From NCBI GenBank assembly GCA_965247115.1, contig CBDFGR010000002.1, positions 1,760,001 through 1,824,000 of the forward strand: a DNA stretch of 64,000 bases, written 5' to 3'. Of the stretch, positions 18,314 to 27,585 are shown piece by piece; the stretch's first letter is position 1, and the number at the start of each line of letters is the position of its first letter. Origin of the DNA: Myxococcota bacterium (GTDB lineage Bacteria; Myxococcota_A; UBA9160; SZUA-336). The position numbers and the translations under genes were made by a program. The notes beneath the pieces were generated by a model. The model was not told the origin of the DNA and did not search any database. It was given only the letters and a program-made list of their open reading frames with translations.

Positions 18314-19531
18314 TCAGGCCGGAACCAGCTCGATACCTAGGCTCTTGGGTTCGCGCAGGATGAAGCTCGGGGTCCGCGCTGGGGGCTCTGCATCGCTGCG
18401 CTCGAAGCTCTCCGTCCGATCCAGGAGCGCCTCCAGTCCGATGCGTGCCTCGAGCCGCGCGAGGTTGGCGCCAAGGCAGAAGTGGTTGCCGAAGCCGAAC
18501 GACAGGTGGCGGTTCGGGTCCCGCGAGATGTCGAAGCGTGCGGAGTCATGAAACACGTTCTCGTCATGGTTCGCGGAGCCGATCCAGAGGATCACGGTCT
18601 CGTTCTTCTCGATCTGCTCGCCGCGCAGCTCTCGGGGAGTGGTCGCGCGTCGGGCGGTGGCTTGAACGGGAGAGTCGAAGCGCAGCACTTCCTCGATAGC
18701 GCTCGGGAGCAGAGTGCGGTTTCGGCGCAGCCGCTCGAGCTCGTCCCTGTGTGCCAGCAGCTGCAGCACCGCGTTGCCGATCAAGTTCGTCGTCGTCTCG
18801 TTGCCGGCGATGAGTAGCAGGTTCAGCATGGCCAGCATCTCGGTGCGCGACAGCTTGTCGCCCTCGAGCTCTGCCTGCACGAGACCGCTGAGCAGGTCGT
18901 CGCTCGGCTCTCTGCGGCGCTGCTCGATGAGCTCGCTGAAATAGGCGTCCATCTCACGTGCGGCCGTCACGCGCACTCTGGCTCGGTCTGGATCGACAGG
19001 CATGCCGCCGATACCCTCGCCGAGATTCTCGACTGCGACGTTGGACCAGGCGCGGAACTGCGCGTGGTCCTCGCCGGGGATACCGATCATCTCCGCGATC
19101 ACGATCACGGGCAACGGGTAGGTGAGGGCCTCGACGATGTCGACGCTGCGCTTCTCGAGAGCGGCGTCCATCAGCTCGCCTGCGATGCGTCGGATGCGCG
19201 GCTCGAGCTGTCGGATCATCCGCGGCGTAAAGGCCTGGTTGACGAGTCCGCGCAGGCGCGTGTGCCGCGGTGGGTCCTGTCCGAGCATGCTCTGCTCTTC
19301 CGGCTCGACCGGCAGCCCGAGCTCGGCGGCATTCGGCGGTGGCAGGTTGACCGCGGACCAGCTAGCCGGGTCTCTGAAGATCGGCAGCATGTCCTCGTAG
19401 CGGAACGCCGAGAGCATCGGGAGGGTCCCGTGTCGGAAGACCCGATGCTCGGCTCGCCCTCTCGCGTAAGTCGGCACCGGATCCCGGACGAAGTCGGGGT
19501 CGAAGGGGTTCAGCTGGAAGGGGTCGGCCAT
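18314..19531 (-). CDS. Cytochrome P450
   Basis: DPPRHTRLR, I-helix AGNETT, EEVLR, heme motif FGFGNHFCLG; likely start MADPF at 19531. Confidence 0.95.
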   Translation of the reverse strand: MADPFQLNPFDPDFVRDPVPTYARGRAEHRVFRHGTLPMLSAFRYEDMLPIFRDPASWSAVNLPPPNAAELGLPVEPEEQSMLGQDPPRHTRLRGLVNQAFTPRMIRQLEPRIRRIAGELMDAALEKRSVDIVEALTYPLPVIVIAEMIGIPGEDHAQFRAWSNVAVENLGEGIGGMPVDPDRARVRVTAAREMDAYFSELIEQRRREPSDDLLSGLVQAELEGDKLSRTEMLAMLNLLLIAGNETTTNLIGNAVLQLLAHRDELERLRRNRTLLPSAIEEVLRFDSPVQATARRATTPRELRGEQIEKNETVILWIGSANHDENVFHDSARFDISRDPNRHLSFGFGNHFCLGANLARLEARIGLEALLDRTESFERSDAEPPARTPSFILREPKSLGIELVPA

Positions 19532-19532
19532 G

Positions 19533-20747
19533 TCAATCCAGGCTGAACTCCCGCTTCTCTCCGTCGAGGTACTGCAGGGCGATTGCGGCGTGGAGGGCGA
19601 TGCCGTGCTGCATGCCGTCCTCGTCCAGCACCATGCGGTTCGAGTGGCAGGGGGCGGGATCCGGGATGTCGGGCTGCACGCCGAGGAAGGCCATCGTCCC
19701 CGGCACCTCCTGGAGCACATAGGACCAGTCCTCCGCACCCATGGCGGGGTTCGGGGACTCGAGCACGTGCTCCGGCCCCAGCAGCTCTCGCGCGGTGTTC
19801 AAAGCGAAGTGCGTGAACTCGTCGTGATTCACGGTGACGGGGTAGCCGAGGCGGAGGTCTACCTTGGCCTCCAGACCGTGGGCAAGAGCGATGCCCTTGG
19901 CGACCCTCTCGAGGCCGTCGTGGACGATCTTGCGGGCACTCTCCGAGACGGCTCGGATCGTTCCTCCGAGCACCGCACTCTCCGGAATCACGTTCCACGT
20001 CGTGCCAGACTCGATCTTGGCCACTGTCAGCACCGCCGGATTGAAGGCGTCAACACGCCGGGTTACCAGGGTCTGCAGCGCAGACACGATCTCACATGCC
20101 ACCGGGATGGGATCGACCGCGTGGTGCGGCATGGAGGCGTGGCCCCCCTTTCCGAGCACCTCCACCTCGAACTGGTCCGCTGAGGCCAGCATCGGTCCGG
20201 GTCTGCTGGCGACCACGCCTACCGGGATCAGCGGGAAGATGTGCAGCGCGAAGGCGGCGTCGACCTTCGGATCATCCTCAAGGAGCCCTTCCTCGATCAT
20301 GTACTTGGCGCCGTGATGTCCCTCCTCACCGGGCTGGAACATGAACTTCACGGTGCCCGAGAGCTGGTCGCGTCGGGCCTCAAGGAGCCGGGCTGCGCCG
20401 GCCAGCATCGCCACGTGCGAGTCGTGTCCGCAGGCGTGCATGGCCCCGGCAACCTTCGACTTGAACTCCAGGTCGGTGTCCTCGGGCATTGGCAGCGCGT
20501 CCATATCGCCGCGCAGCAACAGCGTCGGCCCGGGAGTGCCACCGCGCAGCGTCGCCACGATGCCGCTCGTGGTCGTGCACTCCGCGATTTCCAGATCCAG
20601 GCCGTGGAGCGCATCCAGCACGGCCAGCTTGGTCTCCGGCAAGTCGAGTCCGAGCTCTGGGTGCGTGTGCAGGCGTCGACGCAGGGTCACGGCGTCGGGC
20701 AGAAGACGAGCGGCCTCCTCGAAGAGCTCCTTGCGCGGCAGTCCCAT
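19533..20747 (-). CDS. M20D amidohydrolase (hippurate hydrolase-like)
   Basis: HPELG, RGDMDALP, MHACGHD, FQPGEEG, GGHAS.PH, MGAED; RBS aaggagg. Confidence 0.93.
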   Translation of the reverse strand: MGLPRKELFEEAARLLPDAVTLRRRLHTHPELGLDLPETKLAVLDALHGLDLEIAECTTTSGIVATLRGGTPGPTLLLRGDMDALPMPEDTDLEFKSKVAGAMHACGHDSHVAMLAGAARLLEARRDQLSGTVKFMFQPGEEGHHGAKYMIEEGLLEDDPKVDAAFALHIFPLIPVGVVASRPGPMLASADQFEVEVLGKGGHASMPHHAVDPIPVACEIVSALQTLVTRRVDAFNPAVLTVAKIESGTTWNVIPESAVLGGTIRAVSESARKIVHDGLERVAKGIALAHGLEAKVDLRLGYPVTVNHDEFTHFALNTARELLGPEHVLESPNPAMGAEDWSYVLQEVPGTMAFLGVQPDIPDPAPCHSNRMVLDEDGMQHGIALHAAIALQYLDGEKREFSLD

Positions 20748-20811
20748 CGGTACCTCCTTGTCTATCCCCATTCTAGGTGCTCTTGCGAGTCGTCGCGTCG
20801 CTATCCGGCTA

Positions 20812-20949
20812 GGGACGGTCCTTAATCAGAACTTATTCCGCATGACACGACCGCAGCGACGCCTAGATGAACGAATGCGCCCAAGAATCCCGCTGCAGTG
20901 ACCAGAAGTTCCGACTTCGGCCAAACAAGTTCGGATTAAGGACCGTCCC
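20812..20949. mobile_element. Putative 138-bp MITE with 23-bp terminal inverted repeats
   Basis: gggacggtccttaatcagaactt (20812-20834) vs aagttcggattaaggaccgtccc (20927-20949), 22/23 complementary; no convincing coding content. Confidence 0.7.
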
Positions 20950-21019
20950 CAAGTTCAGATTCCAAGCTCAGATTCCGTGCAGAACCGGCAACACCCTACG
21001 AGGCTTGGCAACCATGCAA

Positions 21020-21093
21020 GCGCCGCGGAAGCGGCGCGCGCAGCGAAGGGCGAAGCCCTGAGCGGAGGTGGGTGGCCGCGGCCGCCCGCGGCC
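21020..21093. repeat. Cluster of three short GC-rich hairpins (REP-like)
   Basis: gcgccgc-GGAA-gcggcgc, agggc-GAA-gccct, ggccgcgg-ccgc-ccgcggcc. Confidence 0.55.
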
Positions 21094-21112
21094 GGGTCCC
21101 ACAAGACCTGAG

Positions 21113-21787
21113 TCATGCCGAGATGCGACCGGGCTTGGTCCCCATGAGTAGGAAGTAGCGGCCGAGCGCGCCGTCACCCTGCTGGCAGCGGATGTCGTGG
21201 AAGCCTGCGGCGCGCAGCAGGTCCTCGAGCTCTCGAGGCTCGAAGGTTCGGAACCCGTGTTGTACCCACGGCATTCGCTGCATTGTCCGCTTGTCGCCGA
21301 TGCCCAGCACCAGCATCCCCCCGGGCATGAGAACGCGCGCGATCTCCTCGAGTCCGCGGAGCGGGTCCTCCCAGAAGTAGACCGTGTTGATGGCCAGGGC
21401 GCGGTCGAAGCTCGCGTCGTCCACCGGGATCCGTGCCACACTCGCGCTGCTCACCTCGATCCGCCCCGCTGCGATCGCGCGCCGAAAGCGAACCCGCGCG
21501 GCCTGGACCATCGTGTCCGAGATCTCGATTCCTGCCGCGAGACCGGTGGGAACGAGCTCGTGCAGGGCTTCCAGGGTGCCGCCACCGCCAAAGCCGATCT
21601 CGAGCACGCGGTGACCGGGATCCAGGTCCAGCAGCTTCAGGGCTCTCTCCTTCGTCTCGAGAGCGGCCCGGTTGAGCAAGAACCCAACGGCCCGACCTGC
21701 CAATCCCGTGGGGTTTCCCAGCTGCCGGGCGAACGCTTCCGGGAACAGGCGTCCAAGCCACAGGATGATGCGCGAGATCCGGTCCAT
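21113..21787 (-). CDS. Class I SAM-dependent methyltransferase
   Basis: VLEIGFGGG motif I, SFD, INTVYFW, RVL.PGG; start MDRIS at 21787. Confidence 0.9.
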   Translation of the reverse strand: MDRISRIILWLGRLFPEAFARQLGNPTGLAGRAVGFLLNRAALETKERALKLLDLDPGHRVLEIGFGGGGTLEALHELVPTGLAAGIEISDTMVQAARVRFRRAIAAGRIEVSSASVARIPVDDASFDRALAINTVYFWEDPLRGLEEIARVLMPGGMLVLGIGDKRTMQRMPWVQHGFRTFEPRELEDLLRAAGFHDIRCQQGDGALGRYFLLMGTKPGRISA

Positions 21788-21789
21788 GG

Positions 21790-22491
21790 TTACCTCGTTC
21801 GTGAGCCCTGGCCTCGACCCCAGCCAGACGCGACGCGGTCCGCGCGACGGGTTGGCTCCGGCAGGCGGAAGCGAGGCGCGCAGCCAAGCACGTACTCGAT
21901 CGCGGTCTCGAGGCTGATGCGGTGGCCGATCGAGACGTACACGGGACTCACTCTCGCACGCGTGCGCAGCACCGCCCCGATCACCTCGCCATCGTCGCGG
22001 AGGGGGACCCAGCGACCGCGCTCGGGAGACAGCTCGTCGTGCGTTCCGACCAGGAGCGACTTTGCGACCCCGATCGTCGGCAGGTCGGCGAGCACACCCA
22101 GGTGCGAGGCCAGGCCGAAGCGGCGCGGATGCGCGAGGCCGTGGCCGTCGCACAGGAGCAGGTCGGGCATGACGCGGAGCTTCGACAGAGCCTCCAGCGC
22201 AGCTGGCGTTTCGCGGAAGGAGAGATAGCCAGGCACGTAGGGAAAGAGTGTCTGGCCTCGGGCGACGGCGTACTCGAGTGGGTCCAGCTCCGGGAAGGTC
22301 AGGCATGCCACCGCCGCGCGCATTGTGCCCTCCGACTTCCGGTACGAGGCGTCCACTCCCGCGACGCTGCGTACCGCAGGCAGTCTGTCCTCTCGGATTA
22401 CCCGATCTCGCAGAGATTCCTGTACCGCACGAGCCTCGACTATCTCGGTCGGCCAGTCTTCATCCGCCGGCGGGCGGAGCGTCGAAGTCAT
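21790..22491 (-). CDS. nfi: Endonuclease V
   Basis: VAGVD, FPYVPGYLSFRE, DGHGLAHPRRFGLASH, GVAKS, RLPEPTR.AD. Confidence 0.95.
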   Translation of the reverse strand: MTSTLRPPADEDWPTEIVEARAVQESLRDRVIREDRLPAVRSVAGVDASYRKSEGTMRAAVACLTFPELDPLEYAVARGQTLFPYVPGYLSFRETPAALEALSKLRVMPDLLLCDGHGLAHPRRFGLASHLGVLADLPTIGVAKSLLVGTHDELSPERGRWVPLRDDGEVIGAVLRTRARVSPVYVSIGHRISLETAIEYVLGCAPRFRLPEPTRRADRVASGWGRGQGSRTR

Positions 22492-23050
22492 CGAAGCTCA
22501 CCTCGCCGGAGCGGGTGTCGAGCACGGCGTAGGAGAGATGGCGCCCGGCGCCGTTGTCGGTGGGCACTCCCGCGGATCCCGGGTTGACCACCAGGGTGTC
22601 GTCGATCTGGCGGGCGAGCCGGGTGTGCGTGTGGCCGTAGATCGCGAAGTCCGCATCGAGGTCGCCCAGGCGGCCGAGCTCGCGATCGTGCGGGTACAGG
22701 TACTCCCCGTAGGGCTCCCACGGTGTGGAGTGGAACATGAACAGCGTCTTTCCGTCGACACGAGTGCGGATTGTGCGGGGCTGCTCGCGTGCCCACTCGA
22801 GCAAGTTCCCGTCCACGTAGTCGCGCTCCTGCGCACGTACTCCCTGCGGGCTCAGGAGCACCTCCTCGTGGTTGCCAAGGATGTAGCGCGCACCGATTTC
22901 GCGCAGGCGTGCCACGACCTCGTTCGAGAAGCGGTACTGGTCGAACGCATCCCCCGCACAGAGAATCTCGTCTACCGCCCCCATCCTCTCGAGAGCAAGA
23001 TTCAGACCTTCGATGTTTCCGTGTAGATCCGAGACGATCCCGATGCGCAT
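22460..23050 (-). CDS. Metallophosphoesterase (YfcE-like)
   Basis: SDLHGN, AGD, GNHE, GHTH, NPGS. Confidence 0.92.
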   Translation of the reverse strand: MRIGIVSDLHGNIEGLNLALERMGAVDEILCAGDAFDQYRFSNEVVARLREIGARYILGNHEEVLLSPQGVRAQERDYVDGNLLEWAREQPRTIRTRVDGKTLFMFHSTPWEPYGEYLYPHDRELGRLGDLDADFAIYGHTHTRLARQIDDTLVVNPGSAGVPTDNGAGRHLSYAVLDTRSGEVSFDDFDAPPAGG

Positions 23051-23098
23051 TTGTACCCCGACGGCGGATCCTACTACGCGAGCCTGCTCGCGGCCACG

Positions 23099-23470
23099 TC
23101 AGGCCCCCTCGCCGTCCATCGCGGAGCACACCTCGTCGAGCACCCGATTCGCGCTCACGGCGACCGGCCAGCCGGCGTAGTGGGCAATGTGGGTGATCAG
23201 CTCCTCGAGCTTCTCGCGCGAGTGTCCCACGTTGCGGGCTCCGCGGAAGTGCAGGCGCTGCTCCGGTTCGCGTCCGAGCGCGATCAGCACCGCGCAGGTA
23301 ATCAGCGAGCGCTCCTCGATTCCGAGTCCGGGTCGTTGCCAGACGTCCCCGAATAGGTGCTCCATCGTATAGGTACGTAGTCCCTCCGGCAGCTGCGTTC
23401 CCGGCGCCGCTCCCTTGAAGAGCTTTCGGGTCACGGCGACTCCCTTCTCAAAACGGGTCTCTGCCATCAC
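23099..23470 (-). CDS. Carboxymuconolactone decarboxylase family protein
   Basis: FGDVW.RPGL, RSLIT...L.ALG, H.A.YAGWP. Confidence 0.9.
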   Translation of the reverse strand: MMAETRFEKGVAVTRKLFKGAAPGTQLPEGLRTYTMEHLFGDVWQRPGLGIEERSLITCAVLIALGREPEQRLHFRGARNVGHSREKLEELITHIAHYAGWPVAVSANRVLDEVCSAMDGEGA

Positions 23471-23503
23471 TGGTCCTCCTTCATGGATGAATAACGTGCA
23501 GGG

Positions 23504-24403
23504 TCATTTCTTCATGGCGCCGCGTACCACGGTGCCAGTCTGCTCTTCGAGCGCGCGAACAGTCGAGAGGATGTCTTCCGAGTCGTAGCCTGTCTGGCGA
23601 TAGCGCTCTATCAGTGACTCGGTCGTGGCTCCCAGCGTGAGCGGTACGCCGAGCTCCGCGGCCAGCTCCGTCGCGAGCCCGATGTCCTTGCGGGCCAGCT
23701 CTACGGTGAAGCTCGGAGGAGAGAGCCGGTCGAGCAGCACGGCACGCATGCCGCGCTCCCAGCCAAAGCTGTTCCCGCTGCTCGCCTTGACGACCTCCCA
23801 CAGCAGCTCCGGGTCGACGCCCGCCCGCGCGCCAAGCACGAGCGCCTCCTGTGCGCCCATCATGTTGATGAACGCGAGCATGTTGTTGACGAGCTTTGCC
23901 ACGTTCCCCGCTCCTACATCGCCTACACGGAACACGTTCGAGCCGATTGCTCGAAGCAGCGGCTTGCAGCGCTCATAGGTCTCGAGGTCCCCGCCGACCA
24001 TGACGGCGAGCGTCCCGCGACGTGCCCCGCCAACACCACCACTCACCGGTGCATCCAGGAACTCGATCCCCCGCTCGCGCGTGGACTCCGCGAGCCGCCG
24101 CACGACACTGGGCGAGTTCGTCGTCATGTCGACGACGACGCCGCCGCGTTCGAGGCCCTCGAGCACGCCCTTCTTGCCCAGCACGACCTGCTCTACGTCT
24201 GCCGGCTTTGGCAGCGAGAGAAAGACCGCGGCTGCTCCCTGAGCGGCCTCCATCGGACTCTCGACGCGCTGTGCACCGGCCTCTTCGAGGCTCGTTGTTG
24301 CCTCCGCGCGCTGGTCATGGACCTGAAGCGCGTGTCCCGCTTCGATCAGGTGCAGTGCCATGGGGTTGCCCATGTTGCCGGTGCCGATGAATCCGAGTTG
24401 CAT
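23504..24403 (-). CDS. Beta-hydroxyacid dehydrogenase (3-hydroxyisobutyrate DH family)
   Basis: GFIGTGNMG.PMA, DAPVSGG, GTLAVMVGG, KLVNN. Confidence 0.92.
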   Translation of the reverse strand: MQLGFIGTGNMGNPMALHLIEAGHALQVHDQRAEATTSLEEAGAQRVESPMEAAQGAAAVFLSLPKPADVEQVVLGKKGVLEGLERGGVVVDMTTNSPSVVRRLAESTRERGIEFLDAPVSGGVGGARRGTLAVMVGGDLETYERCKPLLRAIGSNVFRVGDVGAGNVAKLVNNMLAFINMMGAQEALVLGARAGVDPELLWEVVKASSGNSFGWERGMRAVLLDRLSPPSFTVELARKDIGLATELAAELGVPLTLGATTESLIERYRQTGYDSEDILSTVRALEEQTGTVVRGAMKK

Positions 24404-24539
24404 CACGTGTCCTCCGCTGCCAATCGAGGTGAGCTTACCACCGACGCGACGCGTGTATCTGGCGAGTAGGATCGGCCCCAAGTGGCCAGTTTTGGTCGGG
24501 CACGATCAGCTATGCTTGGCCGCTCGAACAGGAGAACAC

Positions 24540-25565
24540 ATGAGCGACGCAACTCTCGAACTCCACGATCTCAAATCCACGATTCGCGGTGAGGAGGTAC
24601 CCGCCGCCGTCGTCCTGCCGCCGGGCTACGATCGCAACGGTGAGCCGCTTCCTCTGATCATTTCACTGCACGGGGGAGGGGATAGCCGGGAACACATCGT
24701 CGAATTCTTCCCCCTGTTCCAGCGCATGTTCGACGAGCAGGTCTTGCCACCTCTCGTGATCGTCGGCTTTTCTTCGGGTCCGGGGAGCTGGTATGGGGGC
24801 ACCTGGGAGGAGTTCGTCACCGACGAGCTCCCGCGCTGGATGCACGAGTGCTACGGAACTCTCCTCGAGAGGAGCGGTACCGTCCTCACGGGAATCTCGA
24901 TGGGCGGCTACGGAACGCTCAAGATCGCCTTCAAGTACCCCGAGCGGTTTCGCGCCATCGCCGCCATGGAACCCGCCATCGAGCCCGCCCTGACCCGCAT
25001 GCCAGACCACCGGCGAAACACCTGGTACCGCATGCCTGCTATGGAGGCCTCGGTCTGGGGCGATCCGCTCGACGAAGCGGCCTGGCTCGCCGACAACCCG
25101 GCGACCGTGCTTCGCAACAACGCGGAGGCCGTTCGAGCGAGCGGACTCGAGATCTACCTGGAGGTCGGGGATCAGGACTACATCAACTTGCACGATGGCG
25201 CCGAGTTCATGCACCGAGTTCTGTGGGATCACGACATCCGCCACGAGTACCACCTGGTGCGGTGGGCCGACCACGTCGGGCTCAGTCTGGGACGACGGTT
25301 CATGGAAGCGTTCCGCTTCCTCGGCGGGGCGCTGGTCGGGGGCCGCGCCGAGCGCATCGATCTACAACTCACCGAGAAGGAGCAGGCCCAGTTGAGCTGG
25401 ATAGCAGGCGGGATGGTGGGAGATCCGCCGAGTGGTGAGAGTCTGCTGGCCGATCCCGCGCGGGCCCCGTCTGTCCACGCCGGGATCTGGGACACGCTCC
25501 GGGCGAGTGCCAGGGATGATCAAAGCATGGCGCGCAACTACGCCGAGCTCCCGCCCACGAAGTAG
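24540..25565 (+). CDS. Esterase (alpha/beta hydrolase, S-formylglutathione hydrolase-like)
   Basis: LPPGY, LHGGG, nucleophile GISMGG, G.QD, C-terminal His. Confidence 0.85.
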   Translation: MSDATLELHDLKSTIRGEEVPAAVVLPPGYDRNGEPLPLIISLHGGGDSREHIVEFFPLFQRMFDEQVLPPLVIVGFSSGPGSWYGGTWEEFVTDELPRWMHECYGTLLERSGTVLTGISMGGYGTLKIAFKYPERFRAIAAMEPAIEPALTRMPDHRRNTWYRMPAMEASVWGDPLDEAAWLADNPATVLRNNAEAVRASGLEIYLEVGDQDYINLHDGAEFMHRVLWDHDIRHEYHLVRWADHVGLSLGRRFMEAFRFLGGALVGGRAERIDLQLTEKEQAQLSWIAGGMVGDPPSGESLLADPARAPSVHAGIWDTLRASARDDQSMARNYAELPPTK

Positions 25566-25578
25566 AAACAGAGCTTGT

Positions 25579-26457
25579 TCAGATCTTGGCGTAGGCGCGC
25601 AGGGTGGAGAGGGCGTCGAGGGTCCAGCGGCCTCGCCATTCCAAGGCGGCAGCCGGACTCGGGGGCTCGAAGGAGATTGGCCAGCCGCCGTCTTCCTGCT
25701 GCTGTGACAGGAGATGCTCGAGGTGCGCCTCGAGTAGCTCGTCGGGAAACGCGTGACGTCCCACAGCATCGGGCATCGGGCACAGCTGAAGTGGCGTGAG
25801 TCCGTAGCCGGGGGCCCCTGGCTCCGCCAGGTAGAAGGAGGCGTTCGCCACCTGGGCTGCCAGTCCCTCCGCGAGCTTGTGCGCGCGAGCGGGGTCCGGC
25901 GCATGCTCGAGGAAGGTCAGTGCCGCGGCGATCTCGTGAGCATCCCCGATCGGCTCCTCGACACGGACCCAGCACCACTGGGTTGCGCGCGCAAGCCATG
26001 CATGCTTGATGCCCTGCTCGTGAAGCAGTCCGACCAGAGCGCCGGTCGGGTTGATCGAGTTTTCGCCAAACGCACCCTGCTCCCAGTGCGACGCGTGCGG
26101 ATAATCCAGAACTGTCGGAAGCACGATCGGAACACGCCCGCTGTCCTCGGCGACGGATGTCAGAAAGTCGCACGAGCCCAGCGCGAGATCCGGGTCCAAG
26201 ACGCCGGCGGCGTTGAGCGCGCGTAGCGCGAGCTCGGTATGAAGCGGCATGCTGTCGGGAGCGCGCACGTCGGGCTCCAGAGCGTGACCGAAGCCGCCGT
26301 CGAGGTTGCGATAGGCGCGTAGCGCGGAGAGGATGGCCTGCGAGGACCCGCGTCCGAACAGGTGCGCAAACAGGCTGCGCTCGAGCAGCCGCGCGTTGCG
26401 CCACATGAAGTCCTCCGCTCGCTCGAGGCACTTCCCGGTAGCCGGCTCGGGGCTCAC
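25579..26457 (-). CDS. Conserved hypothetical protein, prenyltransferase/squalene cyclase-like repeats
   Basis: ARLLER, YRN.DGGFGHALEPD, QQEDGGW; start uncertain. Confidence 0.7.
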   Translation of the reverse strand: MSPEPATGKCLERAEDFMWRNARLLERSLFAHLFGRGSSQAILSALRAYRNLDGGFGHALEPDVRAPDSMPLHTELALRALNAAGVLDPDLALGSCDFLTSVAEDSGRVPIVLPTVLDYPHASHWEQGAFGENSINPTGALVGLLHEQGIKHAWLARATQWCWVRVEEPIGDAHEIAAALTFLEHAPDPARAHKLAEGLAAQVANASFYLAEPGAPGYGLTPLQLCPMPDAVGRHAFPDELLEAHLEHLLSQQQEDGGWPISFEPPSPAAALEWRGRWTLDALSTLRAYAKI

Positions 26458-26668
26458 GTGACGAGTCTCGCCCACCCGCACACGCAGGTAAAGTACTCTC
26501 CGCAGCCGGGTCGGAGTGAATGAGCGCGACTGCAAGCCTCCTTGCTGGAGAGGGCGAGATCCAGACGGGCGCCGTCGTCGAGCCGCCGATACCGGCGTGC
26601 CTGCTGGTCGTCACCATACCCGCCTGAGCGCGCTTCCAATTTGCGCACTTCTGGGCCACCCTACGGCC

Positions 26669-27520
26669 ATGCAGACCCAACCGGCGCAGCTCACGAGGCT
26701 CGGGGCGGATACCCCCGTGTCAGAGATCCTGGCCGTCATCGAGCGAGATGGGGGCGTGATCGTCCACAACTTCCTCGAGCCGGACCTGATGAAACGTCTC
26801 AACTCCGAGCTCGACTCCCAACTCGACGCCACTCCTCCGGGAAGCCGAAGCGAGAAGCAGCTCTGGCAGGTCTTCCACGGTCGTAACACCAAACGCATCT
26901 GCGGGTTGACGGCACGCTGCCCTTCCTTCGTCGAGGTACTCACGCACCCCACGCTGCTTGAATACGCGGACACGCTGTTGCTACCAAACTGCGGCAGCTA
27001 CTGGCTGAACACGAGCCAGATGATGGTGGTTGGGCCGGGTGAGCCCGCTCAGATGATGCACCGCGACGACGCCAACTGGCCGCACTTCCCCTGGCCCCAC
27101 TTTGAGCTGACCGTCAGCTCGCTCTTTGCCCTGAGCGACTTCACCGAGGAGAACGGTGCGACCTGGGTCGTGCCCGGTAGCAACCGCTGGGAAGACGAGT
27201 CCCGCGGCCCGCAGCTCCACGAGATCGCGAAAGCCAGCATGCCCGCCGGCTCGGTGCTGCTCTACTCAGGGAAGGTCCTTCACGGCGCCGGAGTGAACTC
27301 CACCGCAGCCGAATGGCGCCGAGGCATGCACGTGAGCTACGTCATGGGCTGGCTACGCCCGGAAGAGCACCATTTCCTCCAGGTGCCGCTCGAGGTGGCT
27401 CGAACCCTTCCGGAGCGCGTCCGGCAGCTGCTGGGCTACTCGTCCTACCGCCCGTCGGGCATGGGTGGCCGTCTCAGTCTCGTCGACTTCGACGAAGCGG
27501 TCGTGGAGCCTGCGCCCTAG
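26669..27520 (+). CDS. Phytanoyl-CoA dioxygenase family Fe(II)/2OG oxygenase
   Basis: HxD (MHRDD), DFTEENGAT.VVPGS, distal His LHGAG. Confidence 0.92.
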   Translation: MQTQPAQLTRLGADTPVSEILAVIERDGGVIVHNFLEPDLMKRLNSELDSQLDATPPGSRSEKQLWQVFHGRNTKRICGLTARCPSFVEVLTHPTLLEYADTLLLPNCGSYWLNTSQMMVVGPGEPAQMMHRDDANWPHFPWPHFELTVSSLFALSDFTEENGATWVVPGSNRWEDESRGPQLHEIAKASMPAGSVLLYSGKVLHGAGVNSTAAEWRRGMHVSYVMGWLRPEEHHFLQVPLEVARTLPERVRQLLGYSSYRPSGMGGRLSLVDFDEAVVEPAP

Positions 27521-27585
27521 CTGAGTCGCAACACCTCACGCCCGCACCCTCGAGCGGGTCGCGCGCGTTGCCAGCAAGACAGTCT

